Shown here in pieces: positions 61,197-64,000 of a stretch of DNA of 64,000 nucleotides. The DNA comes from Lama glama (taxonomy: Eukaryota). The stretch is taken from NCBI GenBank assembly GCA_028534125.1, contig CM052817.1, positions 72,356,001-72,420,000 on the forward strand, given 5' to 3'. Position numbers and translations under genes: made by a program. The number at the start of each line of letters is the position of its first letter. Positions within the stretch are counted from its first letter, which is position 1. Below the pieces are notes generated by a model that saw nothing but the letters and a program-made list of their open reading frames with translations, was not told the DNA's origin and did not search any database.

Positions 61197-63293
61197 CTGG
61201 GTCTGCCCAGTTTGATATTTGCATTTCAATTGTGTTAACCTCTAAGAAGTTGACACAGATTAGAAACTGAAATTTTCCTGTAAGAATTGTATTATATAAA
61301 AAAGAGGTGGACATAAAGAGAGGCTCAAGAAAACCTCTAAAATAAAATCAACTTAGTTTTGAATATTCACCTCTTTATAGATTAAATACATGCCTTTGAA
61401 ATATATCCCTACTGTCATCATTTAGTTCTTACCCTTCTTACCTAATGAATCTTTCTAGCAACACATAATCCAAATTTTCAACAGCTAAATTTTGGTGGTT
61501 TCTCAATCTGATCCCTTTTAATAATCAAAGATATCCTATACAATGAGTGTTTCTCTACTAGACTTATGTATACATTCATAAGGACAAATGCAGAGCAGAG
61601 AAATGCCTCAGTGTAAATAACACATTAGATACTTGGTTCTTAGATAAAGAGGCCATGACTATACTGAATCCACTGGTTTTCTTTCCAATCACACTTTGCC
61701 AAATCAACCGATTTCTCCACTATTGATTGAATCAGCTTCGCAGACAATCTGATTTTGTCATTAAGACAGCTGAAAACACCAGATTGACTCTTTGTGATCT
61801 GTTTCATATAAACACAATTACTGTTAGAGTGTTCTCAAATCCTCCCTCTGACTGCAGAACAAATGGAACTTTATTTTTTTTCACATTTTACTAACAGCAA
61901 AAAATGAAGTGGACTCTGCAATCGATTTGCTTAATAGTAGTAAAAGTTTGTCAACAATTTTAGAAATTAAAGCCTAAAAGACCTCAAGAGAGTCTAACTT
62001 GACTGTGTCTGGAACTAAATTGATTTAGAATTAATGAGATAATGTCTGGAAAATACAATCAGTTTCTTTAAAAAAAAAAAAAACAGCAACATTGCCTTTG
62101 GCATAAAACAATACAGGAATATATGTGACCCATGTGTTGCCTCCAGTTTTCAGTCTACCAGAGTGGTGAATAGGGTGTTCTTGTTCTATCGTGTTTACAT
62201 TTATTCAGTTAAAGTATAGCTCTGAGTGAAGACCACTGACAGTACTGGGTCCTTATTAGCACCTTCCCTTGCTGTCCAAGTGTCCTACAAATATCTCATT
62301 ACTCTTCAAAACTATCCAGGCAAGAAACCATACATCTCGTCTCAAAAACAGTTCTTGAAAACAAGAATTTCTCTCCTCCAATAAGATGGTATACTATACG
62401 TACATGCACTTAAAATTCTCCCTCTAGTTTTTATTTTGGAGATCTAGTCAGTGAGCAAGTAATTAAAAAACCATCTAAACAAGCCAGGAAGCAACCGCAT
62501 GTCAAGAAGGTATTTATGGACGACTCTCCAACATGTTTGTTTTACAAATTAACACTAAACCTTCAAATAATAATAGCTTGGTGTGATTCTCTGTGAAGCA
62601 CACATGAAGCTCTAACTGTTGAACCGCATTAAGGGCTCCTTTTTTATTTACCTAATGATACGTTTATCTTATTAGCACAGTAAAAATATTAGTAGCCATC
62701 CAGAAATAGAGCTCCGATAAAAGGCAACTTCATTTCGGAGTCACTAACCTATGTTAATACCATTTGGTCAAGATCCTGCAACAGCTGTTAGGATTTCAAC
62801 CCCTATAGGTCAGGGAAAGAAGATGGGAAAATCCTTAATAAAATGTTGTTAGAAGCTACAGGTGGGAAATAAAGAAGCTCTTGTGACCTATAATCTTATT
62901 CCCTCATAAAGTCACCGAGGAGAGCACAGCAGCTTCTGCAGCTGAAATTAGACAACACACTAGTGGCCTTTCAATCTCAACTTTTACAGCTCGATGTTAT
63001 CATTGTGAGTGAAGAACAAATGAAGGATACAGCAGCTCTGCCCAAGATGTTCTCTCCGGGTTCAATCAGCCCACTCAACCACATGAGTAACTCTGCCTTA
63101 ACAGTATTTTATTCCCGTTTGTAAACAATGTGGGCATCTTGTTGGTCTGTTCATAAACATCAGATTCTCAACGTGTTCTATTTGGGATTTAACTTTTTGC
63201 ACCAAGTACATCTGAAGATAATAATTTCCTTTTAAATATTTAATACTAAGTCAGATCAACTTAATAATGGTAGTTGACGTGAGATCATAAAAT

Positions 63294-63342
63294 CTACCCT
63301 AGGGATCAGCCCCTAGGGATCAGTCCCTACCTTAGGGATCAG
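63294..63342. repeat. Three-copy tandem repeat of CC(C/T)TAGGGATCAG
   Basis: ctaccctagggatcag-cccctagggatcag-tccctaccttagggatcag. Confidence 0.9.
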
Positions 63343-64000
63343 TGCTAAGTCCATCCAATATATGGTCCCACCACATTGGCACTTCATGCAAAAAAAAAAA
63401 AAAAAAAAAAAGCCTAAATTTAGGCCACAAGCAAGGGCTTGACCAAGTCAGAGTCCTGGTGATATTTGCGCTCCTTTAGCCGATGCCTCTGTGAGCTCCG
63501 GCCCAAAGAGTGGCAGGCCTTCACTTTGCCCTGCCTTTACAGCCATTGGTAACAGCAGAAATCTGCACCTGCCCACTGCGGGTAACTGGATCTTGAGGGA
63601 TGACTAACTTGTTGCTTCATTTTGCTTAGAAGAGCGTGTGACTTGTATTTCCCTTTGGCCCCAAAGGGAAAAAGACTGCTTGCTAGGAGGTCGCCATTGA
63701 CACAGTGTTCCTTTCTTTTATAAAACTCATGTTTTTCCTCTTTGATTCGGGAAGAATATTTAGCAGAACATAAAATAATAGGGCTGAAAAGAAAAAAAAA
63801 TGTTCCTGTGGGAAAACCAAGAAAACGGTAGAGAGCAACTTTCTATATTTTATTTTTCTCCCCATTTATAGGAAGCATCTCTCTCATTACTACATCACAT
63901 CAAAGTTACACTTTAAAAGCGGCTTGATTAATACTAAAATAGCATTTAAAAAAAATTGGTTCAGACTATCAACTCTAAAATTGCCGCCACAGAATGAGAT

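Noticed and set aside
46147..63411. Orphan homopolymers (T18 at 46147-46164, A22 at 63390-63411) as retrocopy tails
   Set aside because: No adjacent mRNA-like or SINE body and no TSD found.

Overview
64 kb of AT-rich, CpG-depleted mammalian non-coding DNA, either the intron of a large gene or intergenic sequence. The young tRNA-derived SINEs (GGGGAGGGTATAGCTCAGTGGTAGAG...GGTTCAATCCCCAGTACCTCCA...) look like the camelid Vic-1 family, and I saw no Alu, B1 or Bov-A elements, so a camelid genome is the likely source (inference). No protein-coding gene can be established. The only ORF I recognise (14306-14602) is a decayed L1 ORF2 C-terminus, and the other listed ORFs look like chance ORFs. The window is a mosaic of lineage-specific L1s and SINEs (several with target-site duplications, TSDs), ancient L1M/L2/MIR fragments, MaLR, ERVL and Gypsy-like solo LTRs, and microsatellites. 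Between them are repeat-free blocks with enhancer-like motif clusters. I found no supportable novel biological system. The best leads are a candidate 52-nt exon with a downstream RBFOX motif, possibly part of a frame-compatible three-exon 76-aa micro-ORF; an 81-bp dispersed duplication with a fold-back junction; a composite SINE/L1 insertion; and several candidate conserved enhancers. Repeat family names are recognised from memory, not from a database run, and old-repeat boundaries are approximate.
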